A stretch of 63,641 nucleotides of DNA, filler included, from Choristocarpus tenellus KU-1152 (Eukaryota; Protista; Phaeophyceae), in the NCBI GenBank assembly GCA_964200185.2. It is 12 parts of 12 records of this genome, joined end to end, with 100 filler letters (N's around TTAATTAATTAA, not from the genome) between each part and the next. Parts side by side here need not be neighbours in the genome. Positions count along the whole stretch, not along the records: positions 1 to 5,493 come from CAXNAD020010613.1; positions 5,594 to 9,736 come from CAXNAD020016002.1; positions 9,837 to 12,801 come from CAXNAD020023307.1; 9 more parts are not named here. One strand, 5' to 3'. The notes beneath the pieces are model-generated. The model did not search any database and had not been told where the DNA came from. It was given only the letters and a program-made list of their open reading frames with translations. Position 1 is the first letter of the stretch; every line of letters begins with the position of its first letter. Shown piece after piece: positions 1-11,773 of the stretch. Both the position numbers and the translations under genes were made by a program.

Positions 1-223
1 GTAGCATGACTCAGGAAGAAAGGTACTTTTCGCGAGAAAATTTTACGCGCGCGCAAAACTCGCGTGAATATCTCTGGAATTTTGTGCCAAATCACCCGAA
101 TACGAGAATTCCGGTACAAAAGCCTATATTTTTTAGCATGTCGAAAAAAGCGGTACAAAATTGCATATTTTTCGAATTCATAAATGGTTCATAAATTTTG
201 GCCCAAAATAGGGGCACCTACTG
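1..223. mobile_element. Right end of a Tc1/mariner-pogo-type TIR element (truncated by window edge)
   Basis: Ends ...GGGCACCTACTG followed by TA, matching the CAG terminus and TA target of the superfamily; CG-rich internal palindromes. Confidence 0.4.
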
Positions 224-1005
224 TATCGAAATTCAGCATTGTTCTATCATCAAGCAGTCAATCCAGTGATGCACTTTTCTATACAAAGGTGTACCTATAT
301 AGCAGAGGTCGATATAAGAGAAAACGGGATATAACAGAGGCCAAATTGCCTTGTCACCACTTTTCAGGGTATAAGAGAGGTTTCAATTCCCTCTTATATC
401 GAGCAAACTTGCAATTTTTTTTCACTACTTGACCCAAGGTTGCACAAAAAGTCATGTCCTAAGTTAAGCAAATATAACAAAGGTACGAAGCTGCTCAAGA
501 CCAGCAGTACGCAGCATAGGAGTCTTTTGTCTCTCAGTATTGCACAGTACAGTACATACAGCATATCACATCAAGTTTAGACGACTGCTTGTACATATAT
601 AACGATGCCCTACGCAGCAGGATCCAGCTGCAGCATACTCCAGGTCTGTCACACTATACATGCCATAAGTTTCGCGTTTGTAGCGGTTATCTTCATGGCA
701 TTTGTCGCGTCGTGGATCCTTCTAGTGCCAGCGAAATGAAACGCGTGTGCAAATTGTGCGTGGGTCCCAACAAGCACAAGGCTTCGAGTCTTTCACCTAG
801 TGATAACATGGTGTCGAGGCGCTACGATAACAAGAACAAGGGCAAGGGGAAGGTGCTGCCAAATAAATGAACGGAGAAAGACGCATCCTACAAGCCTCGC
901 AGTGCCGACAATTGTAAACGCTTGAGCATTGCAGAGAAGGTGGAAGCGCTGACACACAAGAAGACCATGATAGAAACTGCGGTTGCTCAAAAGTTTGGAA
1001 TCGGT

Positions 1006-2095
1006 TGTTGAAACCAACAAAACACTGATAAAATTGTTCTGGTCGGTCTGATGGCATGTTTTACTCAATCAGATAATGTTCGATGTGAAAGTAGGTTTGG
1101 TTGTGTTGTGATTAACACGTTAGAAACAATTATGTGTGTTATAGTGCAACACGTGCAAATCACCTTGGAAGGTATTGCTATTTATCGGTAGTGAAGACAA
1201 GAAGGTGTGGAGCCTCACACGACCCCTTTGCTGAACGTGAAAAGAATGGATGGATGAAATTAGAAGAGCGACTCTTGTGGGGTGTCTTCAATTATTGTTT
1301 GTTTCTTTATAATTAGTTTAACTGCAATACCGAACTCCATAGACAATTCAGATGTACTATCTAATTGGTGACATCACTTCGACTCAATTCAACGCAATAA
1401 TATCACATGCACAAAATAAGGTACACCTCACTATTTCCTATTTTGCACACAACAAGACACCTGAGGGTTCGGTCTGGTGCGTCTGAAGGGATGTTTTACT
1501 CAATCAGACTTTGGTTGAAGTGAAATGTGTACCGGTACGTCTGTGGTATGTTTTACTCAGAGCAGACTTATGATTGATAGAGAGTGTATGGTCTTTCATT
1601 GAGACGCTCAAATGAAGAAATTCGTCCTCTGTGTAGAGGGTTGTCACCTTGCCTGAGAAGTATTTCGAAGGATTATTTAACTCTGTTTATATTGCATCCT
1701 GGCGTGTGTGTCTTATACGTGTTGCAGAGTGAACTGGATATCTTACAGGGGGCAATGCCAGTCAAGTAAAAATAAGAATCAACACATGCTATGCAACTGT
1801 TAACTTCCATGAGAAGGAAGATGTAACACGAGGAAGCAAGAAGAAGCCACCAAGCTTGAATCCATGTCTAAGGTAACTGCTGTTAGACATAGTATGCCTG
1901 TATGAGTGATAGTTTGCGACTGTTCCTATACTTCCTATATACTGTGATCTTCTGAGTGAGTTGTGATGATGAGCTGATGGACTAAGGATGTAAATGGGAA
2001 TAGCGACCATTGAAATGGACAAATCAACCTTCAGTATGGACTAACGATGCTGTATCGTATCAAAGCAAATCGAATGAGTAGCCTATGTTTTAACA
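1006..2095 (+). mobile_element. Solo LTR (family L1), inserted in the pogo HTH
   Basis: TGTTGAAAC...GTTTTAACA termini; 5-bp TSD TCGGT at 1001-1005 and 2096-2100; removal restores the pogo frame. Confidence 0.85.
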
Positions 2096-2539
2096 TCGGT
2101 CACAGCACCCTCTACAGGTTGAAGGAGGCAACAGCCATCATGGACAAAGCACAAACACTGAATTCTGACGCCAAGTCTACGAGGGGTGCCAAGCATATCG
2201 AGGTGTATCAGCGCGAGGACTGAAAGTCTGAAAGTAGGTTGATTGTGATTGTGATTGAATTGTCTTTATGCACTGTCCGCTGATGAGGATCATGATCGAT
2301 TTTTTTAAAGATTTTGCGCACTATTCTGTCGTACTTTAGTGTCTATACTGTGTATTGTTGTATCATGGGTGATCATTTTGCTCGTAGAGGTACGTCCCAC
2401 AAGGTGTCCATATGGGATTCATGTACAAGGTGTCACAAGGTGCAAAATGGTCACCCGTGATGTACTTCTTACGTTTCGAAATGGCAGTTCCTATTTAGTC
2501 TGTCGAGTGCTCTTCGTACACTGGGTGTAAAACATAAAT

Positions 2540-2801
2540 GAGTGAAAGTATCTTAGAGGGTACGAGTTTTGCTCTGTTTGTCCACTTGGGGCTTGGCTTT
2601 TTCATGGGTTTTTTATGACATTTTACCTAATCTGAAATGGTTTGGATTAGGTAAAATGTACAGGTTGTGAAAAGGTGTTTCTGGAACAAGGATATCGACA
2701 CGTCCTAACAAACACGATAGCCAAAATTACACCAAACTATCAACATTGGATTTTGGTCACCAGATGGACGCGGCTCTACCCTATAAGAGATACTTTGACC
2801 C
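2540..2801 (-). mobile_element. MITE family A copy
   Basis: TIR GAGTGAAAGTATCTTAGAGGGTA / TACCC..AAGA..TACTTTGACCC; MITE strand labels are arbitrary. Confidence 0.9.
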
Positions 2802-3366
2802 AACATGTTGTGCTGTATAGTTGGTGCGTAGTGTCCTAACGTTACCTCTCACAATTACGCCGTATAATATTGAGCCGTGCAGTGTGCTGCAGTAGTACAG
2901 CATAGTAGTCCAGTACTGTACTGCGCTGCATCCAATCTTGCCAATTTGGGTCTTTCTACCAAATTTTTGTACATCTTTTGATTCATGCCATAATCCGATA
3001 TGAAAGGTGGAGCAACTTGCTTTGCTCAGTGTCCACCCATACAATTTTAATTTCGCCATTTGCAACTGTATCTGCAAGTGTGTCCTGCCAAGACTCAATA
3101 TTAAGCAACTTTGTATCGCCCATCCTCCCGCCCACCCACCGTCCCATAGGAGGATGATAGAGTCTTGGAACTATTTCAAGTGGCAAGAGCCGCAAAATTA
3201 CCTGTTTCTCGAGCTACCATTCATATACATTCGGGCGGAAAGCTTGCTCCGCTTTCATGAGTGGAGCAAGAACAGAAGAGGAGTGAGCCAAGTGCAGATA
3301 CTCTGTCGCGTCGTATGACTGGTTGAGGAATTTTCTGGTCCACAATAAGGTAGTGAGCAAGGCTCT

Positions 3367-3633
3367 GAGTCAAATTATCTTAGAGGGTAGCGTCGCGTCC
3401 ATTTGGGGGCCAAAATCCAATTTTGTGATTTTGATGTAATTTTGACTATCGTGTTTGTTAGGAAGTGTCAATATCCTTGTTCCAGACATACACATGATGC
3501 ATACTCCAAAAACGTACACATTGACCTAATCCGAAAAATTCTAGAATAGGAAATGTCATAAAAAAAACGTGGGAAGCCAAGCCCCAAACAGACAAAAAGG
3601 GCGGAGCTCTTACCCTCCAAGATACTTTCACTC
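3367..3633 (+). mobile_element. MITE family A copy
   Basis: GAGTCAAATTATCTTAGAGGGTA ... TACCCTCCAAGATACTTTCACTC. Confidence 0.9.
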
Positions 3634-3640
3634 CTACTCA

Positions 3641-3888
3641 GAGTCTAAGTATCTTAGGGGGTAAGATCGCGTTCGTTTGGGGGCCAAAGTCCAATGTTGC
3701 GATTTTGATGTAATTTTGGCCATTTTGTTTGTTAGGATTGTCAATATCCTCGTTCCGGACACACCCTTTCATAACATACGCATTTTACCTACTCCAGAAC
3801 ATTTAGGAGTAGGAAAAAAAAACGTGGTAAGTCAAACCCCAAATGGAGAAACAGGGCAAAACCCGTACCCTCTAAGATACTTTCACTC
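3641..3888 (+). mobile_element. MITE family A copy
   Basis: Same TIRs; begins 7 bp after the previous copy. Confidence 0.9.
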
Positions 3889-3926
3889 TTAGGGTTATCA
3901 CTCTTAGGGTTAGGGTTAGGGTTAGG
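3889..3926 (+). repeat. Interstitial telomeric (TTAGGG)n tract between two MITEs
   Basis: ttagggttatcactcttagggttagggttagggttagg. Confidence 0.8.
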
Positions 3927-3930
3927 TGAA

Positions 3931-4187
3931 GAGTGAAAGTATCCTAGAGGGTACGAGTTTTGTCCTGTTTGTCCATTTGGGGCTTGGCTTCCCTAGGGGT
4001 TCTTACGACATTTTCCTACTCCAAAATATTTTGGAGTAGATAAAATGAATAGGTTATGAAAAGGTGATCTGGAACAAGGATATTGACACTTCCCAAAAAA
4101 CACGATAGTCAAAATTACATCTGAAATGCAACATTGGATTTTGGGTCCCAAATGGACGCGGCTCTACCCTCTAAGATACTTTGGCTC
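3931..4187 (-). mobile_element. MITE family A copy
   Basis: Full TIRs; 4-bp TSD TGAA. Confidence 0.9.
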
Positions 4188-5380
4188 TGAACACAGAGAG
4201 GCGGGCGGTGTCAATGATGCAGCCATTGCCAATGGCCTGAAAAAGACGGCCAAGTGTGTTTCAAGCAGGATCCAGAGTGTATCTTCAACATGGATGAAAC
4301 TGGGTTGTTTTACCGCCTCCTACCTAAGTGGTCCTTTCTCATACCTGGCCAGGACTGGAAGACCGTGCGGGGGGTAAAGACGATGAATGTGACGGATTGC
4401 GTGACAGCCTATATCATGACCAACACTACTGGACCTCAGAATGTACCACTAAGGCAGCTCCAAGAATCTAAGGTGCTTCCGTCTCCGTAAACCTTCCTAT
4501 CACCTACTTCTCTCAGACCAATGCCTGGTCTAACGCGCGTGTGTTCAAGCTTTGGTGGGCAAAGCTGATTTTGCCTTACATGCGGAAGTTTACGAACAAA
4601 AGATGTCCTCGTCCTCGTGGACAACCACAGCAGCCTTGAGGGGGTCGAAGATCCAAGGGAGTAGGTGACCTTGCTGGAGCTACCGCCCAACTGCACCCGC
4701 AAAGACCAGTCGATGGACTAAGACACTATCGCAGCATGGAAGCTTAATTACAGGATGAAGCTGCTGTCGACCCAGGTGGGCATAATATCGTCGTCTGCAC
4801 AACTCCGCCAGCAGGCGAAGAAACAGAATGTAGTATCGGGTATGATGGGATTGGTGAAAGGGTGTCACCCACACATCATAGATTTAGCGGAAATCGGCCA
4901 TGGAGCATGGAAGGCAATCTCTGAGCAAACCATTGCCAGGTCTGTGCCACATCATTTAATAGGCAGGATACAGTTAAACCCCGGCTCGTGACCTACATGT
5001 CCCGTTGTGCCTTGCCAAAGCACAAGTTTTCTTTTCCCCTGTCATATTTTCAATTGTTGGAAGGCCTATTTACCCTACCCTACGGCTACCCCCCTACGTG
5101 TGTTCTAGATTGGTTCCATTCACTCACAATCTGCTCTCCTCCCTATTGGAAATCTTTGTATGTGCATTTTATTCCACGGCAGGTGCTGGATTAAGGCCAA
5201 CATCCTCCCTGCGCCTGTCCAGGCGGAGCTGACCTCAAAGTTAGCCAAAACTACTTGCACCTCGAACAAGTTCATCTCCAGCGCTGACAACTCTGTTGAG
5301 GACACTGACGAGCTGATGCACATCATGCAGCGCTTGAGTATCGGCACGAGGAGTGGCCATGCTTATGAGGATCTCTCCGA

Positions 5381-5493
5381 GAGTAAAAGTATCTTAGAGG
5401 GTAGAGCCGCGTCCATTTGGGGGCCAAAATCCAATGTGGCGATTTTGATGTAGTTTTGGCTATCGTGTTTGTTAGGAATTGTCAATGTCCTTG
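5381..5493 (+). mobile_element. MITE family A, truncated by linker
   Basis: GAGTAAAAGTATCTTAGAGGGTAGAGCCGCGTCCATTTGGGG. Confidence 0.85.
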
Positions 5494-5593
5494 NNNNNNN
5501 NNNNNNNNNNNNNNNNNNNNNNNNNNNNNNNNNNNNNTTAATTAATTAANNNNNNNNNNNNNNNNNNNNNNNNNNNNNNNNNNNNNNNNNNNN
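5494..5593. other. Artificial contig linker 44N-TTAATTAATTAA-44N (also 9737-9836, 12802-12901, 20491-20590, 26002-26101, 33149-33248, 37313-37412, 46262-46361, 50153-50252, 54909-55008, 60440-60539)
   Basis: Identical 100-bp spacer with stops in all six frames. Confidence 0.97.
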
Positions 5594-6250
5594 CCACCAC
5601 TTCACCTTCTTTACCTTCTCCTGCTTCTACCTATCCCACAATGAGGCAAGGGAGACCCCAGGTTTGGCTGCCTATTTTTGAAAGGATGTTCAGTGTAGTG
5701 ATAGGACATCCCAAACATCAAGGATACTTGTACAGTTATCACATCACCCCTTGTGACATTGTACAAGGTCCATGCATTCACCTTGTGTAATGTGGCTGTC
5801 ATACTCCCTCACATGACAGAACACAGTGATTTTGGAAATTCAAATGTCCTCCACGATGACCACTGCCGTCCCCCAAGACATTTGAGTCTCATGCCCTCTC
5901 ACCTCCAGGTATTGCACTATCATACTGTTCATCGACAGGGTATTTGAGTCCTGACCCCAGACATACTTCTGAGATAAGAATTGTAACCATTGGTTGATGA
6001 CTGGATGAGTGAGCCACTCAAATGACAGTGGGCTTCATCCTAGGCACCCCAATCAACACCAACTTTGACAGTTTCACGAGGTTCTTGAATCCGATATATT
6101 TGGTCAACTTTGCACTGGTGATCCTCCTCAATCATGACAGCCCACCATCTCAAACTTTGCATGCCTCCCAATCTATATGAGAACTAAGCCTCATCCAGAG
6201 GGTTTATCATGTGGGTTGTTCCTGTCAAGATTGGAGGTTGCAAAAGTTAT
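5594..6250 (-). mobile_element. Relic of the N-terminal part of a plant-type mariner transposase
   Basis: Aligns by eye with ~24050-24900 (e.g. CATCCTAGGCA..CCAAT.AACACC.ACTT.GACAGTTTCACGAGG). That copy in turn overlaps the 63370-63530 part of the DEKWF transposase. Confidence 0.6.
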
Positions 6251-6824
6251 GTGACATTTAATTCCAAACAGAGAAAGTAATGTGGCTGACCCGAGTGTCA
6301 AACATATATTTTTTGGTCAGTCACAGATGAAACTGTCTGATATGACTGAGTTCATGACGCTAACTACTTAAATATGGCTGGGACCTCTGGTCAGCCCTGT
6401 AAAACCAAGTTCGAACATGGCTAAGTCCTTGGCCATCAACTACTTTAATATGACCAGGCTGAGGGCCAGGCCACGGCCATGTGACTGACGGTGTAAATGG
6501 TAACTGCCCAGCCTGATGAAAAACTCTTTCGAATATGAATCATAATAGTTGATAAAAGTGCTTTGCAGTCATGTTTGTTTTTTTTTTATTCATTTTTTGT
6601 AGGATTAGGTTCTACTTTTTTGTACAATTTCCGACTGATGTGACTACTCTCTCTCTCTCTCTAAATACATAAATGTGTATGTACCTATGTATGGGTTACT
6701 CACAATACAATATGTGTCCGTGGTTGGGAGGCCTGAACCTAAAGTTTTGAAATTTGGTTGTGAACCTGTTCGATTGATTGAAGCCTTGCTATCCCTCTTT
6801 TGTTTGGTCTAACAGCCTGCCAAG

Positions 6825-7750
6825 ATGCGTCCCAGGACATACGAACAACTCAAGACCTGCATGGATATGGCTATGAACAGACTGACTGGGGTACAAGGCA
6901 ACGTTAGTGATGATGGATTTGATGGCAACCAACCTTTCAGAGGGGGAGGGAGGGGCACTGAATCCAGGTGGTGCTCACATGATGTACATGCCAATGTATT
7001 GAGTGCAATTGGATTGATGTTTGTTGATGTCTACTTAGGGATACTGTAGGGTGTGTGTTTTAATTGCGTTGATATAAATGGACAGGGTGGATAGGTAGTA
7101 ATGTAATGGTGTGCTTCTGAGTACAAGTTGGAGAGGTATCCCTTCAACCATCTTGCATGATTGTATGACCAACCCCTGTGACACGTATGGACATGTATGT
7201 AAAAGTGTGTTCTCTCTCCCTCTCTTTGGGTGTATCGGTACCACCTAGATTTTCTTTGCGGCAAGCATGGGGCAGACAGGGACTTGGACATGATGACGAT
7301 GAGGAGAGCCACAGTAGTCATGATACCTCACCAGATGAGGAAAAAGAAGATGGAAAGATAGCGGGGCCCTTGCAGGTATACTGTCAAGATGTGACTTGTC
7401 ATTGGAAACCATTCCATGCTACCAACAGTGCATCAATACTTCAAATATAATACTTCAAATGTTATAAGTGAATATGACTGTGTTTTGAGGGTACTTCCAA
7501 ACAGAGATTTCTGTCGTTTTTTTTGTTGCCATTTGTGGTGCACTACCACTATGTACATTATTAACACAACATGGTACACACAGAAAAGGTACAGTGTGTC
7601 AATGCTTCCAAGTATAAGACATTTTCAGGCTCACAAAGTTGTATTGTTTTCTTGGTAGTGTGATGGCAAAAGATCCATTCAACAGATTCATTCATACAAG
7701 ATAGCGACAGCGTGGGTTGAAGCAGGAACTGTTTACAAAGAGGACCCTTT
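6825..7750 (+). mobile_element. Possible intron-containing KDZ (Kyakuja-Dileera-Zisupton)-like transposase relic
   Basis: Ordered motifs RWCSHDV ... KLERYPFNHL ... YCQDVTCHW ... RHFQAHK resemble KDZ C.Hd / gE..yp / yDi.C / fh..aH; degenerate and judged by eye only. Confidence 0.35.
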
Positions 7751-10679
7751 TCATCCACCTCCGCTCACTCACTACTGGTCCCTACTTTGGGGTTTGACTT
7801 CTGCATCTTCCCTTGCCCACCCATGTAACATGGGATGTTCTTGATATTGAGCAGGTCTTGGACCTCTTCACATCTGAGACATGTGCTCGACTTCCCATCA
7901 ATCACCCTAATCACAGTCTGGCAGGACCAGAACTTGGCAGCCATGCTGATGCAGTGCGGGATGTTGAAGTCATAGTTGAGGTAGAAGGGGATGTCATGGA
8001 TGAAGGAGGAACAGATCTGCCATGGACTCCTAGGGCTGACCAGGTATTCACATACAGGCATGTTTGATATGTTTGTTGATATGTTTGTGGGAAGTTGTTA
8101 ATTTTGTCGTTGATGAATAGAGTAGATGAATTGATTCAGTATTTATTACTCAAATATGAAAATATCTGCAAGGTATATTGGTTTGTATCATCCTGTGTGG
8201 ACTTCAACATCACATTCTACACAATCATCTCATCTTTGCCTGGGGTGTTGTCAGGAGTGAAACAATGCAATGGTTGATGAGTTCCCAGAAATTGTTGTGG
8301 AGGGTGATCAGTGCAAGCATACATACCTACAACTTGATAGTCCTACCCCTAGTGCTGTATAGATCCTTTACTCTTCAGTGCAATTTAGCACTTGGTCTGT
8401 TCATCATGAGTTTCATTCTTTTTTTCTGATCTGTGTAAGCTGTTCAAGGTAATGTTAACAGAGGAGGTACTACATGATCATAATGAAGTAATGCGGCATG
8501 ACGTGACAATGGTGCTGGTTGTAGAATGGTGCACAGTGTCAGATTTACTTTGGAGTCATAGGTGGATTCATTGTTCAATCAGGGTATTGCAGTTGACAAA
8601 ATGCTATGTACTCAACAAGGCAAGTCTACACGTGTAGGGAAATAACATAGTGGGGAAGCAAGGCGACTTCATAGTATAAACTACTTGAGGAATAGTTGGC
8701 AACATGTGCAGCATTTTTTTTAATGATAAGAATGATTAAATACTATACCAAATGCAACTACCATAAGTACCTTAGACCTCTAGTTGGCAACATGTACTGT
8801 AATTTTTGGTTTGTCATATCGATCAAATACTGTTAGTAGCTAATATCAATACCATGTGCAGCCATCAATGATTTGTTGCAGTTGGGGATTTGGTATTTGG
8901 TATTTGGTATTTGGTATCCCATTTGCAGTGCAAGGTCTGACTGGGATTGGCAGGTACTCGAAGAAGGAAAATAGACTAGACAACAGGGACCATCTGTTCT
9001 TTCTAGGAATTCAAGTAAATGTATACACCTATCAAGTACATGTGGATCTCTAAAAAGCCCAAAACTTGAATAGACCATTTTCTAATACATATTTCTCTCT
9101 CTTGATTACTGCAAATATAGTATGATATATAGTAAATCAAAGCAACTCTGACTATACCTTGTGTCATTCAACACAGTAACTTGACTTTCCCTTACCTGAT
9201 AGGTCAAGTATGTGATCCGATGGCATCATGACATCAATTCATCAGTCGTCATCCTCTCCCCTTTATTATACCTCAATGTACACTGGTTGCTTATACACCA
9301 TGACCCAATCACTACCTGTGATCACTGTATCTCTATATTCAGGTACCATAAAATGTACTATTTGCCAATATAATACACTATCATAAACTAGTATAAGTTA
9401 GTAGTGACCACAATATACCGCAACACTCTGAGCATCTCTTGCCCCAAACTGCTGCCCTTACAGGTAATTGCACTGGACTTATCTATCCAACTTCCAGGTT
9501 CACTCTCTCTTGCTCTGTCGTACAAGGTTGGTGATACCTTTACCTCTGAGACCCACTCTGGACCATCTACTAGGCCCTCCACCCCTGCCTCTGTTCCACT
9601 CTCATCACCCATCCTCACCTCAAACATTAGCCCATATTTGGGGTCAAGCATGGATTCCTTGCCCCCTCCCCTGGAGACTGTGCCATATAAGGCTGCGGGA
9701 GGCATCACAGTTGCTGGGGGCAGACTTGCAGAGACTNNNNNNNNNNNNNNNNNNNNNNNNNNNNNNNNNNNNNNNNNNNNTTAATTAATTAANNNNNNNN
9801 NNNNNNNNNNNNNNNNNNNNNNNNNNNNNNNNNNNNGGGCGGCGGGGGGGAGGGAGAGAAGGCAGAGGGAGGTCCATGCCTTACAAAGGGATTGGTCTCC
9901 CTTGGCAGCTTTCCTTCCAACCGGCCGATCCCGACTGCCGTGGATTCTTGCTTCGACTATTTAAAAAAAAACAATACGTACACAGATGTATTTCTACTTC
10001 TACAGCTCCCACAGTGTATCTCACTGGTATGGAGGGAGAGTGTGAAACAACCACGACGTGCAACAGTTACAACCAAGCTCTCCGAGGACAAGCAATAAAA
10101 AAAGGCAGTAGAGGTGAACTATCCTTCGAAGACAAAGTAAAAATCGATTTGAAACAGAGACAAAAGAAATGTGTGCGTGTGTGTGCGTGCGTGTGTGCGT
10201 GTGTGCGGAGTGAATGTTTGCAACCGTGAGAACTTCTCTACTTGTACAGCCAACAGTTGCACCAATCAAATCAAAGAATCACTCCCATAGACTCTTCATG
10301 GAATGCAGGATCAATGCCAGTGCTTAAAGGCTGATATTTCATTCTCCAGCTCAGTGATAAAATCACTTGCAAAAAAAGTAGCATGTGTGGTAGAGCTCAC
10401 AGGCCATCAGCCTCCAGATGAAATTCATTCTCTCCTGTAACTAGAGGGCAACCAGACTCAACAAGAAACACTGGCCAACAGCTACACAAAAAGGATTGTA
10501 TAGACCACAAAATTTGTCGTGTCAAGGCCTGCCAGTCCTAACTCTCAAGAGCCATATTGCCACTGCACCTCAATCCCTCTCTATTGAAACGTGTGAAGTT
10601 CAACGGGTGTCTGCAGCATTTAAGATCCTCTTCTAAATAACATCCAGCAGATCACACGAGCCAAGAGGACAGCACACAC

Positions 10680-11773
10680 CTCCTGCTCTCGCATCATGAT
10701 GTGGTTTGACTTAGCTTGATCAGCCTGAACAATCTCAAGTTTGTCAGCCACCTCCTCCTTCAGTCGTTCCTCCCATTCCTTATTTTTCTTGTCCATCTGT
10801 TCGATTATCTCTACTTTTTCTTTTTTCATTTCCTACAAAATCGTATCCAAGTCGAGGTGTTGGGGGGTGGGCAAGTTTAGGGTTATGGACTGGGGGCATA
10901 TATTGTAACTATTTAGAGTTTGCTTTTAAAGCCTATGGATGAATATGTTGTCGGTATCAAGAACGGAAGGTGACAGTCAAGCATAGAAATGTCCATCCTC
11001 GTTCGGGATTCTCAAAAACAGGTAGGCACTTGTTCATATGATATAGTAAGTTAGATGGGTGGAAACATGGGAGAGTGGAGAGAGAGCACCAGAGGTACCT
11101 TCTTGCCTTTCATTTCAATGTATCAAAGCACAGAAGATGACAAGGTGGTAGGTTGCATGGTGTTTTTGTGCTTTCTTAGTCACTAGTAGGAGGTGAGCGC
11201 TTCTTTGAACTAGGATAGCCACACAAGTTCACGGTATGAGACTGACCTGAAGGCGACGCTCCAGGTCACAGTTGGTGTATTCAATCCTCTTGATGTACTC
11301 CTTGAGCTCAGTGTTCTCAGTCGTGACATCGTTGTGATCGCACGTCGGTTCCTGGTTGGTGGTAAAAGATGGGGTCAGTGAAGGAGATGTTGGGTCGTCT
11401 AGGTGAGAATGGCTTTCCTTCCAGATGCCATTCTTGCGAGATTACACAGGAAATACAAGCATTGCCTATTAACACAGTAGAGGAGGGAACAAAGTAGTTC
11501 GAAGAGATCTAGCAAATCTACCAATATTTCAAAAGACGAGTATAGACATTACGCCTTTTATGTCTAGTCCTCAAATCCAATCCACTATCCTGTGATGGGG
11601 GGGGAGTCTGGTGGGGACTCCATCCCCCCACTGTCGTGGTACCTGCTCGACTTCTACTTACAAAGTTTTGCTGTCACAATCTACCAAACGACCGGTAAAG
11701 GGTCAACTGCGTCGGGCGGCCCCCTTAATCGGAACAAACCATGTGATAAAAGAGCGCTAACCTGCGTGGACAT
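10680..11773 (-). CDS. Unknown coiled-coil protein, 5' exons (partial)
   Basis: Exons 11773-11762 (MSTQ), 11351-11247 (EPTCDHNDVTTENTELKEYIKRIEYTNCDLERRLQ), 10832-10680 (EMKKEKVEIIEQ...MREQE); all phase-0 GT-AG and in frame; 3' end not found. Confidence 0.55.

Larger units (their letters stand above)
283..5380 (+). mobile_element. Fragmented pogo/Tigger (CENP-B/DDE_1) DNA transposon with dead transposase and nested insertions
   Basis: Pieces: HTH KRLSIAEKVEALTHKKTMIETAVAQKFGIG (~916-1005) | LTR | HSTLYRLKE (2101-); YDWLRNFLVHNKVVSKAL (~3314-3366) | 3 MITEs | HREAGGVND; IFNMDETGLFYRLLP (~4281); VLVDNHSS; ELPPNCT; IARCWIKANILP across a GT-AG intron at 4940-5182. Contains stops and frameshifts; 5' boundary approximate. 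Confidence 0.85.

Noticed and set aside
3677-3892. Recurrent short ORFs ending YPLRYFHS, PPPRYFEP or SKYLGG
   Set aside because: Chance translations of MITE-A and MITE-B termini
3367-4187. Repeat-spacer-repeat layout resembling a CRISPR array
   Set aside because: Repeats are ~260-bp TIR elements in mixed orientation with TSDs; no cas genes; eukaryotic context
5538-5549. Recurrent TTAATTAATTAA palindrome
   Set aside because: Always centred in exactly 44+44 N; an assembly spacer, not biology
8888-8917. (TTTGGTA)4 and assorted (CTA)n, (GT)n and (GA)n microsatellites
   Set aside because: Ordinary simple repeats with no further structure
9404-9736. Ser/Pro-rich open frame running into a linker
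   Set aside because: Could be an exon but has no recognisable motif and no second exon to support it
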